From NCBI RefSeq assembly GCF_049075655.1, contig NZ_CP157522.1:352001-416000 (forward strand): a stretch of DNA of 64,000 nt, read 5' to 3'. A program made the position numbers and the translations under genes. This document shows, in pieces, positions 30,145-41,069 of the stretch (the stretch's first letter is position 1; each line of letters opens with the position of its first letter). Source of the stretch: Methanothermococcus sp. Ax23. GTDB taxonomy: Archaea; AGJL01; Methanococci; Methanococcales; Methanococcaceae. Under the pieces are notes generated by a model. It was given only the letters and a program-made list of their open reading frames with translations, was not told the DNA's origin and made no database searches.

Positions 30145-30194
30145 AGTATCCCACTTTGTTGATAGTGATGATGATAACGATAATAATATTTCAT

Positions 30195-30587
30195 TTACAG
30201 CATATCCTTAGTAATGTTTTCTAAATCCTCTTCATTCATCTCATCAATCCATCCCGTAACTTCTTTACACCATTTTTCCATTGTATCCTTTATAACCTCT
30301 TTCACTTCTGAAAAAGGAACTGCTTCATATTTGTAAAAATATCCGCCTTCTTTGAGATTTATCTGTTTTCTTTTTACAAGCCCTGCATTTACTAAGCTTT
30401 GGACAGACCTTTGGATGGTGCTTCTATCTCTATTGAGTAATTCTGCTATATCATTTACCCTTGATGCACCATTTTTTAACAGTGAGAGATACACTGCTAC
30501 ATCAAATGTTTTAATACCGAACATACAACACATTATACTCTCCAATGTAAATGTGGAGCAGGGTGTTTTAATCATTAATTTAGCCAC
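30195..30587 (-). CDS. wHTH transcriptional regulator (TrmB-like)
   Basis: [25 protein letters not shown]...GGYFYKY. Confidence 0.8.
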   Translation of the reverse strand: MAKLMIKTPCSTFTLESIMCCMFGIKTFDVAVYLSLLKNGASRVNDIAELLNRDRSTIQRSVQSLVNAGLVKRKQINLKEGGYFYKYEAVPFSEVKEVIKDTMEKWCKEVTGWIDEMNEEDLENITKDML

Positions 30588-30737
30588 AATATCACCAAAA
30601 CTTAATTTATACTTAATAATTTAGTATATGATTGAATAATTTAGTATTATGGAAATTTATATATATTATTTTTTATAATATATAGATATAATACAATAAA
30701 ATGTTTAATTATATTCAATTGTAAATTGGGGGAAATT

Positions 30738-31127
30738 ATGAAAGTAAAAGAAGTTATGAATCCCATGATATATAAAATAAATGAAAATGAATCATTATAT
30801 GACGCATTTAAACTTATGAATGATAAGGGAATTAAAAGAATTTTTGTGGAAAATAAAGGCGAAATTGTAGGGGTTATAAGTTATAGGGATTTAGTAAATA
30901 TAATCATGAATAAAAGTATATCTGAATTACTAAATATAAACAGTAAAATTGAAGATATTGCTACAAAGGAAATTTTAAAGATAAATGAAAATGAAGATAT
31001 AAAAGACGTAGCTAAAATAATGGTTCATGCAGATGTATCCGCCATTCTTGTTGTAGATAATGATGATAATCCTGTGGGAGTAATATCTCAAACTGATATT
31101 TTACGTTCAATAGTTAAAGAATATTAA
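30738..31127 (+). CDS. CBS-domain pair protein
   Basis: KVKEVMN...VGVISYRDL and VGVISQTDI. Confidence 0.88.
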   Translation: MKVKEVMNPMIYKINENESLYDAFKLMNDKGIKRIFVENKGEIVGVISYRDLVNIIMNKSISELLNINSKIEDIATKEILKINENEDIKDVAKIMVHADVSAILVVDNDDNPVGVISQTDILRSIVKEY

Positions 31128-31220
31128 TAAAAAATAATTAAGAAATAATGAACAAAAAATTAAGAAATAAAAAATAAAAACCATAGAATTTTTAACATTA
31201 TAAAAAGAAAAGATGGAATT

Positions 31221-31694
31221 ATGGATTTGTATTTAATTGCACAAAATTTAATAAATGATTATGGATATTGGGGGATATTTCTCATAGCTTTTACTGAGTC
31301 ATTTATTCAACCTGTGCCACCGGATATATTTATAATGGGAGCTCCTGCATTTGGTTTAGACCCATTAACTTGTGCCATTATATCAACTATTGGTTCAATG
31401 TTTGGTGGGTTAACTGGACATTTTTTAGGCTATCGACTTGGAACACCTGCATTTATTAAACTTTTTGGAGAAAAATATTTAATAAAGGGAGAGGAATTCT
31501 TTGACAAATACGGCATTTGGGGTGTTTTAATAGCTGGATTTTCACCACTACCTTATAAAGTTGTGGCATGGCTTGCTGGAATCTTTGAAATGAAGATTTT
31601 GCATTTTAGTATAGGGACACTCATTGGTAGATTTCCAAGATTTTTACTTGTAGCATACTTCGGACATAGTGTTGCAGTATTCTTTGGGCTTTAA
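31221..31694 (+). CDS. DedA/YqaA (SNARE-associated) membrane protein
   Basis: [27 protein letters not shown]. Confidence 0.88.
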   Translation: MDLYLIAQNLINDYGYWGIFLIAFTESFIQPVPPDIFIMGAPAFGLDPLTCAIISTIGSMFGGLTGHFLGYRLGTPAFIKLFGEKYLIKGEEFFDKYGIWGVLIAGFSPLPYKVVAWLAGIFEMKILHFSIGTLIGRFPRFLLVAYFGHSVAVFFGL

Positions 31695-31868
31695 AAAAAT
31701 ATACGATTATAAGATGATAAAATTCATATAATCTCTTTTTACAGTCTTTTCCTTTTAAACATAACTTTTATTCTATTTTACACATTTCATTTTATCACAA
31801 AAATATGCCTATATCATCAATAGCAACAATATTTATATAAAATATTTAAACAAGTTGTTAGGGGTATC

Positions 31869-32942
31869 ATGGAAAAAATAAAAATAGATACTGCGATATT
31901 TTTAATGTTTATAATTGTTGCAGTTTTGTTTTTACTGACAATAATTGAACCTTATAAGGTTGTATCCATAGTGGAGTGGAAAACCATATTTACATTATTC
32001 TACATATTGGTAGTTGTAAATCTATTAAAAGATTCAAAATTTTTAGAATGGATTTCATTGTCCATATTAAGCTACACCAATAGGATTTATATAATGTTGA
32101 TTGTTTTAACCTTGTTTTTGTCTTCAATAATTACAAATGACATTGCATTATTCGTAATTATTCCAATTACCGGAATAGTGTCTAAATATATTCAAATGAG
32201 CAGTAGGGATTTAGAGAAGCTCTTTATATTAGAAGGAATCTCTGCAAATATTGGAAGTGCATTAACTCCTATTGGCAATCCTCAGAATCTTTTTATATTT
32301 CATTATTATCAGTTGGACAGTTTTGAGTTTATAAAAAATATGATACCATATGAGCTCTGCGGAATATTGGTTCTACTACCATTTTTAAATTTCAAGGGAA
32401 TAAACTCCATTCATTTTAAAAAGATGGAATTTAAGTATGAATGGATAGCATATATTTTAATATTTATTTTAGTGGTTCTTTCAGCGTTAAATATTATAAA
32501 TTATATTTATTTATTTCCAATAATGGCAATTATTTTAATTTTAAAAAGAGTTAAAGTTGATTATCTGTTTCTTTTAACATTTTGTGCCTTATTTATCGAT
32601 ATTGAGGGGATTAAACATTTGGGAATTATGGACTTATTTTATATACCTTGCAATGGCATTATCTTAATGGTATATTCGTCTATTCTTTCCCAAATTCTAT
32701 CAAATGTCCCTACAACAATTCTACTATCGAATTTATATCCTGACTGGATTTCAATTGCCTATGGAGTTAATGTTGGGGGAAACGGAACACTAATTGCATC
32801 CTTTGCAAATTTGATAACATTGAGATTATCCAATGGAAAGATTGGCGTGATTAGGTTTTTAATATTTGGAGGGCTGATATATTTATTACATTTAATTTTG
32901 TTAATTATATATGTATCTGTGATAAATAAATGGACAATATAA
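31869..32942 (+). CDS. SLC13/ArsB-NhaD-type anion transporter
   Basis: IITNDIAL, ANIGSALTPIGNPQNL, SQILSNVP, GVNVGGNGTLIASFANLI. Confidence 0.85.
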   Translation: MEKIKIDTAIFLMFIIVAVLFLLTIIEPYKVVSIVEWKTIFTLFYILVVVNLLKDSKFLEWISLSILSYTNRIYIMLIVLTLFLSSIITNDIALFVIIPITGIVSKYIQMSSRDLEKLFILEGISANIGSALTPIGNPQNLFIFHYYQLDSFEFIKNMIPYELCGILVLLPFLNFKGINSIHFKKMEFKYEWIAYILIFILVVLSALNIINYIYLFPIMAIILILKRVKVDYLFLLTFCALFIDIEGIKHLGIMDLFYIPCNGIILMVYSSILSQILSNVPTTILLSNLYPDWISIAYGVNVGGNGTLIASFANLITLRLSNGKIGVIRFLIFGGLIYLLHLILLIIYVSVINKWTI

Positions 32943-32972
32943 ATTAAATTAATAAAATAAATTAATACATTA

Positions 32973-34319
32973 ATGAGGGATACTATGGATAAGGATAATA
33001 ATAAAAATATGGATTTAATGGACGAAACTATAAAAATATCATCAGATTTAATTAAAATAAATTCAGTTAATCCGGCATTTGGTGGATTGGGGGAAATGGA
33101 AAAGGCAGAATACGTATTAACTAAATTGAATGAGTATATACAAAAGTATAATATAAAAAATTATTCAATAAAGCAATACAATACAAAGGATGATAAGGAC
33201 ATAATACGACCAAATATTGTGGCAAAGTTCGATTTTGGAAAAGATAGAACACTCCATATAATTTCTCATCTTGATACTGTTCCAGAGGGAGATTTAAATC
33301 TTTGGAACACGAATCCTTATGAGCCAGTAATTAAGGATGGGATGATATATGGAAGAGGAAGCGAAGACAACCATAAAGCAATAGTTTCATCCCTGTTATT
33401 GTTAAAAATGATTTTTGAAGATGAAAATAAAGATAAAATTCCAAAATATAATTTGTGCCTAATATTTGTATCAGATGAAGAATGCGGCAGTAATTATGGT
33501 ATTCAACATATATTAAAACTTGACAAAAACCCAAAGGGCTTTTGTAAGTCAGCGAATCCGAAGGATTCGCTTCGATATGAAAAAGAGATTTTTGATGAAA
33601 ATGATTTAATAATAATCCCAGATTTTGGAACACCTGATGGAAATTATATAGAAATAGCAGAAAAAAATATACTATGGATTAAATTTAAAATTAAAGGAAA
33701 ACAATGTCATGGAAGCACACCAAACGATGGAATAAATACCGATGTTCTAATGTTCAATTTTGCAAATAACCTTTACAATATGCTCTATACTAAATACGAC
33801 AAAAAGGATGAGTTATTTTCTCCGTCATACTCAACCTTTGAGCCTACCATGATTTTTAACAATGTTGAAAATGTGAATACCATTCCGGGATATGTGGAAT
33901 TATGCTTTGATTGTAGAATACTCCCAGATTATGATGTCGATGAGGTTTTAAAAGATATTGATGAATTTATTGGTGATTTTAAAAATAATATTGATAAATA
34001 TTTAAAATACTACGATAAAGAGGAAGAGAAAAACATATCAATTGAATATGAAATCCTACAAAAGGAGCTCTCACAAAAAACACCTGAAAACTCTGAAATA
34101 GTTGTCGAGCTCGGGGATGCCATAAAAAAGGTATTAAACAAAGAACCGATTTTATGCGGTATGGGAGGAGGCACAGTTGGAGCATTTTTAAGGGCAAAAA
34201 ACTATGATACGGTTGTTTGGGGCATTGGTGAAGAAACTGCCCATCAACCAAATGAACATATAAAACTCGAAGATTTAATAAAGATGGCTAAAACATACTA
34301 CGAAATTTTAAAAGAATGA
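32973..34319 (+). CDS. M20 metallohydrolase (DapE-like) carrying a 19-aa palindrome-derived insertion
   Basis: SHLDTVP, GRGSEDN, SDEECGS, GKQCHGS, AHQPNE. Confidence 0.88.
   Translation: MRDTMDKDNNKNMDLMDETIKISSDLIKINSVNPAFGGLGEMEKAEYVLTKLNEYIQKYNIKNYSIKQYNTKDDKDIIRPNIVAKFDFGKDRTLHIISHLDTVPEGDLNLWNTNPYEPVIKDGMIYGRGSEDNHKAIVSSLLLLKMIFEDENKDKIPKYNLCLIFVSDEECGSNYGIQHILKLDKNPKGFCKSANPKDSLRYEKEIFDENDLIIIPDFGTPDGNYIEIAEKNILWIKFKIKGKQCHGSTPNDGINTDVLMFNFANNLYNMLYTKYDKKDELFSPSYSTFEPTMIFNNVENVNTIPGYVELCFDCRILPDYDVDEVLKDIDEFIGDFKNNIDKYLKYYDKEEEKNISIEYEILQKELSQKTPENSEIVVELGDAIKKVLNKEPILCGMGGGTVGAFLRAKNYDTVVWGIGEETAHQPNEHIKLEDLIKMAKTYYEILKE
33519..33575 (+). repeat. 57-nt double-hairpin element inserted in frame in the DapE-like gene
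   Basis: Nearly identical intergenic copy at 41577-41633. Confidence 0.85.
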
Positions 34320-34373
34320 AATAATAAATAATAAAAGTAAATAAAATTAATTAATTAAACCTACGGTGATTAA

Positions 34374-34970
34374 ATGAAAATCTACTTTGCAACGGGAAAT
34401 CCAAACAAAATTAAAGAGGCTAATATTATTTTAAAGGATTTAAAGGATATATCAGTTGAGCAGATAAAATGTCCTTATCCTGAAATTCAAGGAACATTGG
34501 AAGAGGTTTCAGAATTTGGAGCAAAATATGTTTATGAAAAAATGAATTATGAAAATCATGGATTTTCAAATCCAGTGGGAAAACCAATAATTGTTGAAGA
34601 TAGTGGGTTTTTTGTGGAATCACTCAATGGATTTCCGGGGACATATTCAAAGTATGTTCAAGAAACATTAAGAAATGAAGGTATCTTAAAACTTTTGGAA
34701 GATAAGGAAGGCGACGACAGAAGAGCATATTTTAAAACAGTAATAGGATACTGTGATGAAAAGGGCGTAAAATTGTTTAAAGGAATTGTAAAAGGGATGG
34801 TTTCCTATGAAATAAGAAGCAAAGGATATGGTTTTGCATACGACAGTATTTTTATTCCAGACGGGGAAGATAGAACTTTCGCAGAGATGAAAACGGAAGA
34901 AAAAAGCGAAATATCCCATAGAAAAAAAGCGTTTGAAGAGTTTAAAAAGTTTTTATGCAATATGCAATAG
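34374..34970 (+). CDS. rdgB: dITP/XTP pyrophosphatase (Ham1/RdgB family)
   Basis: [36 protein letters not shown]. Confidence 0.92.
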   Translation: MKIYFATGNPNKIKEANIILKDLKDISVEQIKCPYPEIQGTLEEVSEFGAKYVYEKMNYENHGFSNPVGKPIIVEDSGFFVESLNGFPGTYSKYVQETLRNEGILKLLEDKEGDDRRAYFKTVIGYCDEKGVKLFKGIVKGMVSYEIRSKGYGFAYDSIFIPDGEDRTFAEMKTEEKSEISHRKKAFEEFKKFLCNMQ

Positions 34971-35003
34971 TTTATAAATTATATACTATAATTTTTTGAT
35001 ACT

Positions 35004-35363
35004 ATGAAAACTTTTGAAATATATCCAATAGGAAGTATTAAACAGTTAGAGAATAGAACAGTTTTAAACATTTTTAAAGAATATCGTGATGGATTGGATG
35101 GATTAAAAGAAGGTATGGGGATTTTATTACTCCTATGGTTTGATAGAAGCGATACTCCAGAAAAAAGAAAGATATTGAAAGTCCATCCAAGTGGAAATCC
35201 TAACAATCCAATTAGGGGTGTGTTCTCCACAAGAGCTCCCGTTAGACCAAATCCAATAGCAGCATATACTGTCAAGATTTTAAAAATAGATGAAAATAAT
35301 ATATTTATCGAAAAAATCGATGCCTATGAGGATACGCCAATAATTGACATTAAAATAGCTTGA
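35004..35363 (+). CDS. tsaA: tRNA m6t6A37 methyltransferase TrmO/TsaA-like
   Basis: GVFSTRAPVRPNPI, DAYEDTPIIDIK. Confidence 0.85.
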   Translation: MKTFEIYPIGSIKQLENRTVLNIFKEYRDGLDGLKEGMGILLLLWFDRSDTPEKRKILKVHPSGNPNNPIRGVFSTRAPVRPNPIAAYTVKILKIDENNIFIEKIDAYEDTPIIDIKIA

Positions 35364-35399
35364 AATTAATATAATAATTATTTAATTATATTTTATTAT

Positions 35400-36056
35400 T
35401 TATTTTTCTGCACATATAACAACAAAACTTCCTTCATCATCCTTTTCATTTAATTTAACGCGATTATATACTATATTTTTATATCCAAGTTCTTTCAGCC
35501 AGTTTAAAACTTCATTTAAAGAATAAAACGTTGCATCTTTATAGAATTTACTTTTTTCTTTTTTAGATTCATAAAATTTTCCCAGTGGGCTGTCTTTATC
35601 AATCGTGCCTATAATTAGTGTCCCGTTAGGTTTCAAAATTCTTTTTATCTCTTTGAGCCCTTTGATAGGGTCTTTTAAAAAACACAGTGTTGTGGTCATC
35701 AATACATAATCAAAGAATTCATCTTTAAATGGAATATCCTCTGCAACCCCTTCATATACATTTATTCCTCGCTTTTTTGCAATTTCTGCCATGGATTTCG
35801 AAGGTTCCAATCCATACTCAATACCCAGCGGTTCTGCAAACCTCCCAGTTCCCACCCCAATTTCTAGACCCTTCTTTTTTTCTTTGGGTTTTACAAATCT
35901 CTGATTTGTATAACCTGTTTTCCTTTTGGATTTTGGAATAAATTTCTTAACGGCGTCGAGCTCTAACTCATACATTTTCTTATTTTCATCATACCATTTA
36001 TCATATTCTTCTGCATATTCATCAAATGAAGTTTTGGAATGAGTTTTATCTGTCAT
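35400..36056 (-). CDS. Class I SAM-dependent methyltransferase
   Basis: LEIGVGTGRF, GVAEDIPF, RILKPNG. Confidence 0.88.
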   Translation of the reverse strand: MTDKTHSKTSFDEYAEEYDKWYDENKKMYELELDAVKKFIPKSKRKTGYTNQRFVKPKEKKKGLEIGVGTGRFAEPLGIEYGLEPSKSMAEIAKKRGINVYEGVAEDIPFKDEFFDYVLMTTTLCFLKDPIKGLKEIKRILKPNGTLIIGTIDKDSPLGKFYESKKEKSKFYKDATFYSLNEVLNWLKELGYKNIVYNRVKLNEKDDEGSFVVICAEK

Positions 36057-36182
36057 ATTTTCATACTCTCTGCTTATAGTTTATTTTATTTTTTATTTAA
36101 CTTTTTATTTTTTATCAATATTATGTCTATATAACATTATATTTTTAAACTATAAACTTATAATTATCATTATGGTGATAGT

Positions 36183-36488
36183 TTGATTGAGGAAATCATT
36201 ACGGAATCAAAGGATAAGGACGGCGTTTTAATTGATGTGGAAATCTCGCCAAATGCAAAGAAGAATGAGATTGGCGGCATTAACGAATGGAGAAAAAGGC
36301 TTATCATAAAAATAAAAGCACAGCCGATAGAGGGCAAGGCAAACAAGGAGATTATAAAATTTCTCAAAAAGATATTTAAAAAAGATGTGGAGATAGTTTC
36401 TGGATTAACCTCTTCGCAAAAAACGGTTCTTGTAGTTGGAGGAAATAGGGAAGAAATAATAAATATAATTACTCGGCAGTTGAAATAA
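36183..36488 (+). CDS. DUF167/YggU family protein
   Basis: PNAKKN, AQPIEGKANKE, SGLTSSQK. Confidence 0.88.
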   Translation: MIEEIITESKDKDGVLIDVEISPNAKKNEIGGINEWRKRLIIKIKAQPIEGKANKEIIKFLKKIFKKDVEIVSGLTSSQKTVLVVGGNREEIINIITRQLK

Positions 36489-36601
36489 TAAGACGTGAAA
36501 ATAAACCTAATCTAACTAAAAACCGTAGAAAAAGATAAAAAAGATAATAAAAAAGATAAAAAATAGATTATAAATTAAATTGATTAAAATTATGTGATAT
36601 T

Positions 36602-37789
36602 ATGGAATCTATAAATTACGCCTTAGAAACATACAGGATATGCTCACCAAAGGAAACCTGGAAAAGAATAGAACATATATTAGATAAAATAAATATTATA
36701 AATATGGAGAGAATAGACAATCTGGACAGAATAGGGATTCCAGTTTATTCTGCAACAAGATTAACTAAAAGTGGAAATGTAAAAATCCACCCTGGAAAGG
36801 GGGCAACAGATATTCAAGCAAAGGTATCCTCTGCAATGGAAGCTATTGAAAGATATTCCGCGGAATTAAGTGAAGAAGATAAAGATAAAATTATAAAAAA
36901 TCCCAATAATCCTGTGGATTTAAAGGAGCTCGTGCTTTCAAATGAAGCATATAGAAATTTAAATAAATTAAACAATATTGAATGGATTAGCGCAACCGAT
37001 ATAATCAACGATGAAACTGTTGAGGTTCCAATAGATGCAGTATTTCACCCATATCCAGGGAAACTATTTAGAAGCCATACAAACGGTATTGCATCTGGAA
37101 ACTCATTGGAAGAGGCAATTTTTCATGCTACTTTTGAGGTTATAGAACGAGATTCTTGGAGCATTTCTGAGATTTCCAAAAACACCTATAAAAAAATAAA
37201 TATAGATGGAGCAAAAAATCCAATAATACATGAGCTCATGGAAAAGTTTGAAAATGCCAACATAAATGTAGTATTGAAAGATTTAACCAGTGAAGTGGGT
37301 ATTCCAACAGTGGCTGCTGTGTCGGATGAAGACGTTTTAAAAGACCCTGCTCTTTTATGTATTGGTGTAGGCTGTCATATCCATCCAGAGATTGCAGTAA
37401 TTAGAGCATTAACTGAGGTTGTTCAGAGTAGAGCAACGCAAATACAGAATAAGAGGGATGATACAATAAGGGGGGATATCGTAAGGAAAATAGATTACGA
37501 TAGGATGAAAAAGATACATAAAAAATGGTTTGAACATAACGATGAGATAAATATAGAGGATATGGAAAATAATGCGAAATTTAACCTAAAAAAAGACCTG
37601 AATACAATTAAAGAAAAGCTAATTGGTTCTGGGTTTGATAGATTAATTGTTGTGGACTTGAAAAAAACCGATGTAGATGTTGTGAGAGTCATAATTCCAA
37701 AAATGGAAGTCTATTGCATGGATAGGGATAGAGTATCTCCGTGGATAAGAGATAGAATTAAAAAGATAAAAAATGAAAATAAGAATTAA
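36602..37789 (+). CDS. ycaO: YcaO-family McrA glycine thioamidation protein
   Basis: LDRIGIPV, GKG, SAMEAIER, SHTNGIASGN, EVIERD, RALTEVVQSR. Confidence 0.9.
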   Translation: MESINYALETYRICSPKETWKRIEHILDKINIINMERIDNLDRIGIPVYSATRLTKSGNVKIHPGKGATDIQAKVSSAMEAIERYSAELSEEDKDKIIKNPNNPVDLKELVLSNEAYRNLNKLNNIEWISATDIINDETVEVPIDAVFHPYPGKLFRSHTNGIASGNSLEEAIFHATFEVIERDSWSISEISKNTYKKINIDGAKNPIIHELMEKFENANINVVLKDLTSEVGIPTVAAVSDEDVLKDPALLCIGVGCHIHPEIAVIRALTEVVQSRATQIQNKRDDTIRGDIVRKIDYDRMKKIHKKWFEHNDEINIEDMENNAKFNLKKDLNTIKEKLIGSGFDRLIVVDLKKTDVDVVRVIIPKMEVYCMDRDRVSPWIRDRIKKIKNENKN

Positions 37790-37815
37790 TTCAGCAAAAT
37801 TTTATCATTTTTTTA

Positions 37816-38262
37816 TTATTCCATTATTTTAATATCGAACTGGCAAAAATCATCTCCCAGTCCTGCACAGTGGGTTTCTTTTGCCTGAATACTTTTATTA
37901 AATACTTTTTCTAAACATCCTGCAATGAAACCACCTTCAAACCAGCAAAGGGATTCATTGCATTCGGGTAGCCCACTGCAACTTATACATTCATCAACCC
38001 TAATTTGTAATGGGTCTTCACTAACTATCTCGATTTTTCCTATTTTATAGTCTTCGCAAAATTTAACGATATCATCAATAGTTTTTGGGTTGAGGGATTT
38101 TCCCAATTCTTTTCCAGCATGGTATATTATACCGTTTGCCCCTCGACCCATGTATCTTTCCAAATCCATGAATCTTATCAATCTAAAAACTGTTATATCT
38201 ATGTCTCTGCCTAAATCTTTTCTATTCTCTGATGAAAGCTGATTTATATCAAATTTTACCAT
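37816..38262 (-). CDS. V4R-domain protein
   Basis: ECISCSGLP...LCWFEGGFIAG...ETHCAGLGDDFCQF; likely start ATG 38262. Confidence 0.88.
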   Translation of the reverse strand: MVKFDINQLSSENRKDLGRDIDITVFRLIRFMDLERYMGRGANGIIYHAGKELGKSLNPKTIDDIVKFCEDYKIGKIEIVSEDPLQIRVDECISCSGLPECNESLCWFEGGFIAGCLEKVFNKSIQAKETHCAGLGDDFCQFDIKIME

Positions 38263-38461
38263 GAAATCACACACTATTGTAAATTTGGTAGGGTTATTCT
38301 GAAAATTATGCACATGTGTAAAATTAACAGAAATAACTATGTTTAGGAGATATATAAATATTTCATTTTTTTTAATAATCATATTTAAATAATTAATAAT
38401 ATCTATCAAATATTAAAATACATCCATTAAAAAAATAAATTATAAATTGTATTAGTTAAAA

Positions 38462-39511
38462 TTAATTCATTTTACAATTAAATATTCCAATAACCTCTAA
38501 TTTTTTTAAACATTCCAACAAGTCCTCTTTTTTAACATCATCCACTAAAACTACCACAATCCCACCACCGCCCGCACCTGAGAGTTTTGCACCATACCCA
38601 TATTTTTTCCCAGCTTCTACAACCTCATCCATCTTTTCAGTAGATACACCCAATTGTTTTAATAATTCATGGTTTTTTACCATCAATTTGCCCAACTCTT
38701 CCACGCTGTTTATGAGCTCCGCCTTATCAACAATTTCACCAATGGACTTAAATATCTCATTCTTTTTTGGATGATTTGCAACCTCATTTACGAGCTCCGC
38801 TGTTTTTTTCTTTCGTTCCTCAACATGGACTATTAAGAAATTACATTTTTTAAGTAGATTGTATAGGTTGGAGTCATTCATTGGTTCGATGTTATTATTT
38901 TTAATTTTTAATATGGTGCCGTATGTGATAGTTGCAGTATCTGTTATGCTGGCTTTTCCCTGAACTTCCTTTTCAACAGAGTATGCTATTTTAGCTATTT
39001 CATCATCTGGTAGCGTTATATCGTTTGCATGCAAAAATGACTTAATCACTGTAATAATTACAGAAGCCGATGAACCTAAACCACAGCTTACGGGAATATT
39101 TGAAAAAATATTTAGCTTAAAGGATTTTAAACTACTACCACCTAAATCATTGAAATTTAACAAATTTTTTTCAATTAAATAATTTGCAACATTTTTTAAA
39201 GAACATACAACATATTTCAAATCATTTTCATAATCGTATATATTTATATTTGGAATATCTTTAATATTTACCTCAATACATCTGTTTAGGTCTTTCAAAT
39301 TTATAGTTATTTTTTCACTGTCGGAGCTCCTGCTAATTTCCCCCCTAGTTTTTAAATTAACTGCCATTGAAATTGCTCCATACCCATCAACTACTGCATG
39401 TTCTCCAAATAGTATAATTTTGGAAGGAGTTTCAATAATATTGTTTTTGTTGTTTTTGTTTTTATCCTCATCTTTATTTTTATTAATTTCACTATTAAAA
39501 ACGCTATCCAT
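38462..39511 (-). CDS. mvk: Mevalonate kinase
   Basis: PSKIILFGEHAVV, PVSCGLGSSA, GAKLSGAGGGG. Confidence 0.93.
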   Translation of the reverse strand: MDSVFNSEINKNKDEDKNKNNKNNIIETPSKIILFGEHAVVDGYGAISMAVNLKTRGEISRSSDSEKITINLKDLNRCIEVNIKDIPNINIYDYENDLKYVVCSLKNVANYLIEKNLLNFNDLGGSSLKSFKLNIFSNIPVSCGLGSSASVIITVIKSFLHANDITLPDDEIAKIAYSVEKEVQGKASITDTATITYGTILKIKNNNIEPMNDSNLYNLLKKCNFLIVHVEERKKKTAELVNEVANHPKKNEIFKSIGEIVDKAELINSVEELGKLMVKNHELLKQLGVSTEKMDEVVEAGKKYGYGAKLSGAGGGGIVVVLVDDVKKEDLLECLKKLEVIGIFNCKMN

Positions 39512-40917
39512 TATCCCCACCTTCTAAGCCTCTTCAATACAACAACATCTTTATTGCTCACTTCCCCATTAAATTCAGCGGTCAAATATCCTTTTGTTCC
39601 AAAGGAGCCTTTTATTTTGCCTTTTATGTTTTTTTCTGGAATAATTATTTCCTCTCCAATGAGTTTTTCAGCGGAAGGTTTTGAGTTTGCTAATCCTTCA
39701 ATAAATATTCTATTTTTATCTATTTTTATGGTTCCAGTTCTCTCAACCTCTTTTTTAATATTTAGGTCTTTTATTCCCACAAAATCAACTATTTCACCTT
39801 TACCACATATCCTAAGTGTTGTAGGCGGCAAATCCAACCGTGTTATAAGTATATTGTCCCCTAATTCTGCCATTACCTTTTCATCCAGTTCAAATGCACA
39901 GTAGCATTCATCCCCTTTTGCAATCTCCTTTAAAATTATATTTTCGGTTTTTCCGTTAATCTCCATCTTTTTAAATGGAACGGCAATTGCAGGAACAATT
40001 AACATTCCAACATTTAAATGAACCTTCATTTTTGGCTTTAAATTATACCTAAATATATCTGATATTTTTATTTTTGCCACGATTTTATCAACGATTTTTA
40101 ATTTAGTATCTTTTGATGTTAAGACGCAACCTCTAAACACCTGTTTTGCATCAACGCCGTGAAGTGCCATTCCAACCCTATCGCCCGCGTATGCCTCCTT
40201 CACATCCTTTTTGAATCTTTGAATACTTTTAACTTTTACATCCTCCATATTTAACGGCAAAATCTTCAATTCATCGCCAACTTTTACGCTACCTTTTAAT
40301 ATTGTTCCAGTGATTACAGTGCCTATACCCTTTATTGGAAAGGCATGGTCTATGGGCATTTTAAAATAATCTTCTGTATTTCTAACAATATCCATACTGT
40401 CAAGGGTTTCCTTTATAGTGTTTTTCAAGTCATCTATTCCTATATTCTCCTTTGCAGAAATCTTTAATATTTTGCTACCTTTTAGGTTTTCCGTTGAATT
40501 TAAAACAGCATTTACAAATGTTTCTGTCCTTTTTATATCTTCATCTGATGCTATATCCATCTTGGTTAAAACCACAATTGTAGGTATTTTAAAATAATCG
40601 AGTATAAGAAGATGCTCCCCAGTCTGCGTTTTTGGCCCCTCTCTTGCATCTACAACCAGAAGTGCCAAATCGATAATATCTGCGGCACTAACTACCGCCT
40701 TTATTAAATCCGCATGTCCTGGTGCATCTACAAGAGTGATTAGATAATCGTCTATGCTAAATGATGAAAAACCAATATCTATTGTAATTCCTCTCTTTTT
40801 AGATTCTGGAAGTCTATCAAGAGATGATGTGGAAGCTATTTCCGTTAAAACTCTCGCCAGTGATGTTTTCCCGTGGTCTATATGTCCAAATATTCCCAAG
40901 TTTATGTTCTTAACCAT
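39511..40917 (-). CDS. selB: Selenocysteine-specific elongation factor (archaeal SelB)
   Basis: GHIDHGKT, RGITIDIGFS, DAPGH, QTGEHL, TRLDLPPTTLRICG, KRLRRWG. Confidence 0.93.
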   Translation of the reverse strand: MVKNINLGIFGHIDHGKTSLARVLTEIASTSSLDRLPESKKRGITIDIGFSSFSIDDYLITLVDAPGHADLIKAVVSAADIIDLALLVVDAREGPKTQTGEHLLILDYFKIPTIVVLTKMDIASDEDIKRTETFVNAVLNSTENLKGSKILKISAKENIGIDDLKNTIKETLDSMDIVRNTEDYFKMPIDHAFPIKGIGTVITGTILKGSVKVGDELKILPLNMEDVKVKSIQRFKKDVKEAYAGDRVGMALHGVDAKQVFRGCVLTSKDTKLKIVDKIVAKIKISDIFRYNLKPKMKVHLNVGMLIVPAIAVPFKKMEINGKTENIILKEIAKGDECYCAFELDEKVMAELGDNILITRLDLPPTTLRICGKGEIVDFVGIKDLNIKKEVERTGTIKIDKNRIFIEGLANSKPSAEKLIGEEIIIPEKNIKGKIKGSFGTKGYLTAEFNGEVSNKDVVVLKRLRRWG

Positions 40918-41069
40918 GATATCCCTTAAATTTATATTTTATTAAAAATAATATAGAATAATATAGAATAGGAATAATTATAAAATAATAACCGTCTATT
41001 TATAGAGTGATTATTTATAAGGTAGTTTATAGTAATGTGCTTATATTAATTATAACTTATGGTGATATA

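Noticed and set aside
36602-37789. YcaO as part of a RiPP cluster
   Set aside because: No precursor peptide or tailoring genes nearby; consistent with the methanogen McrA thioamidation enzyme.
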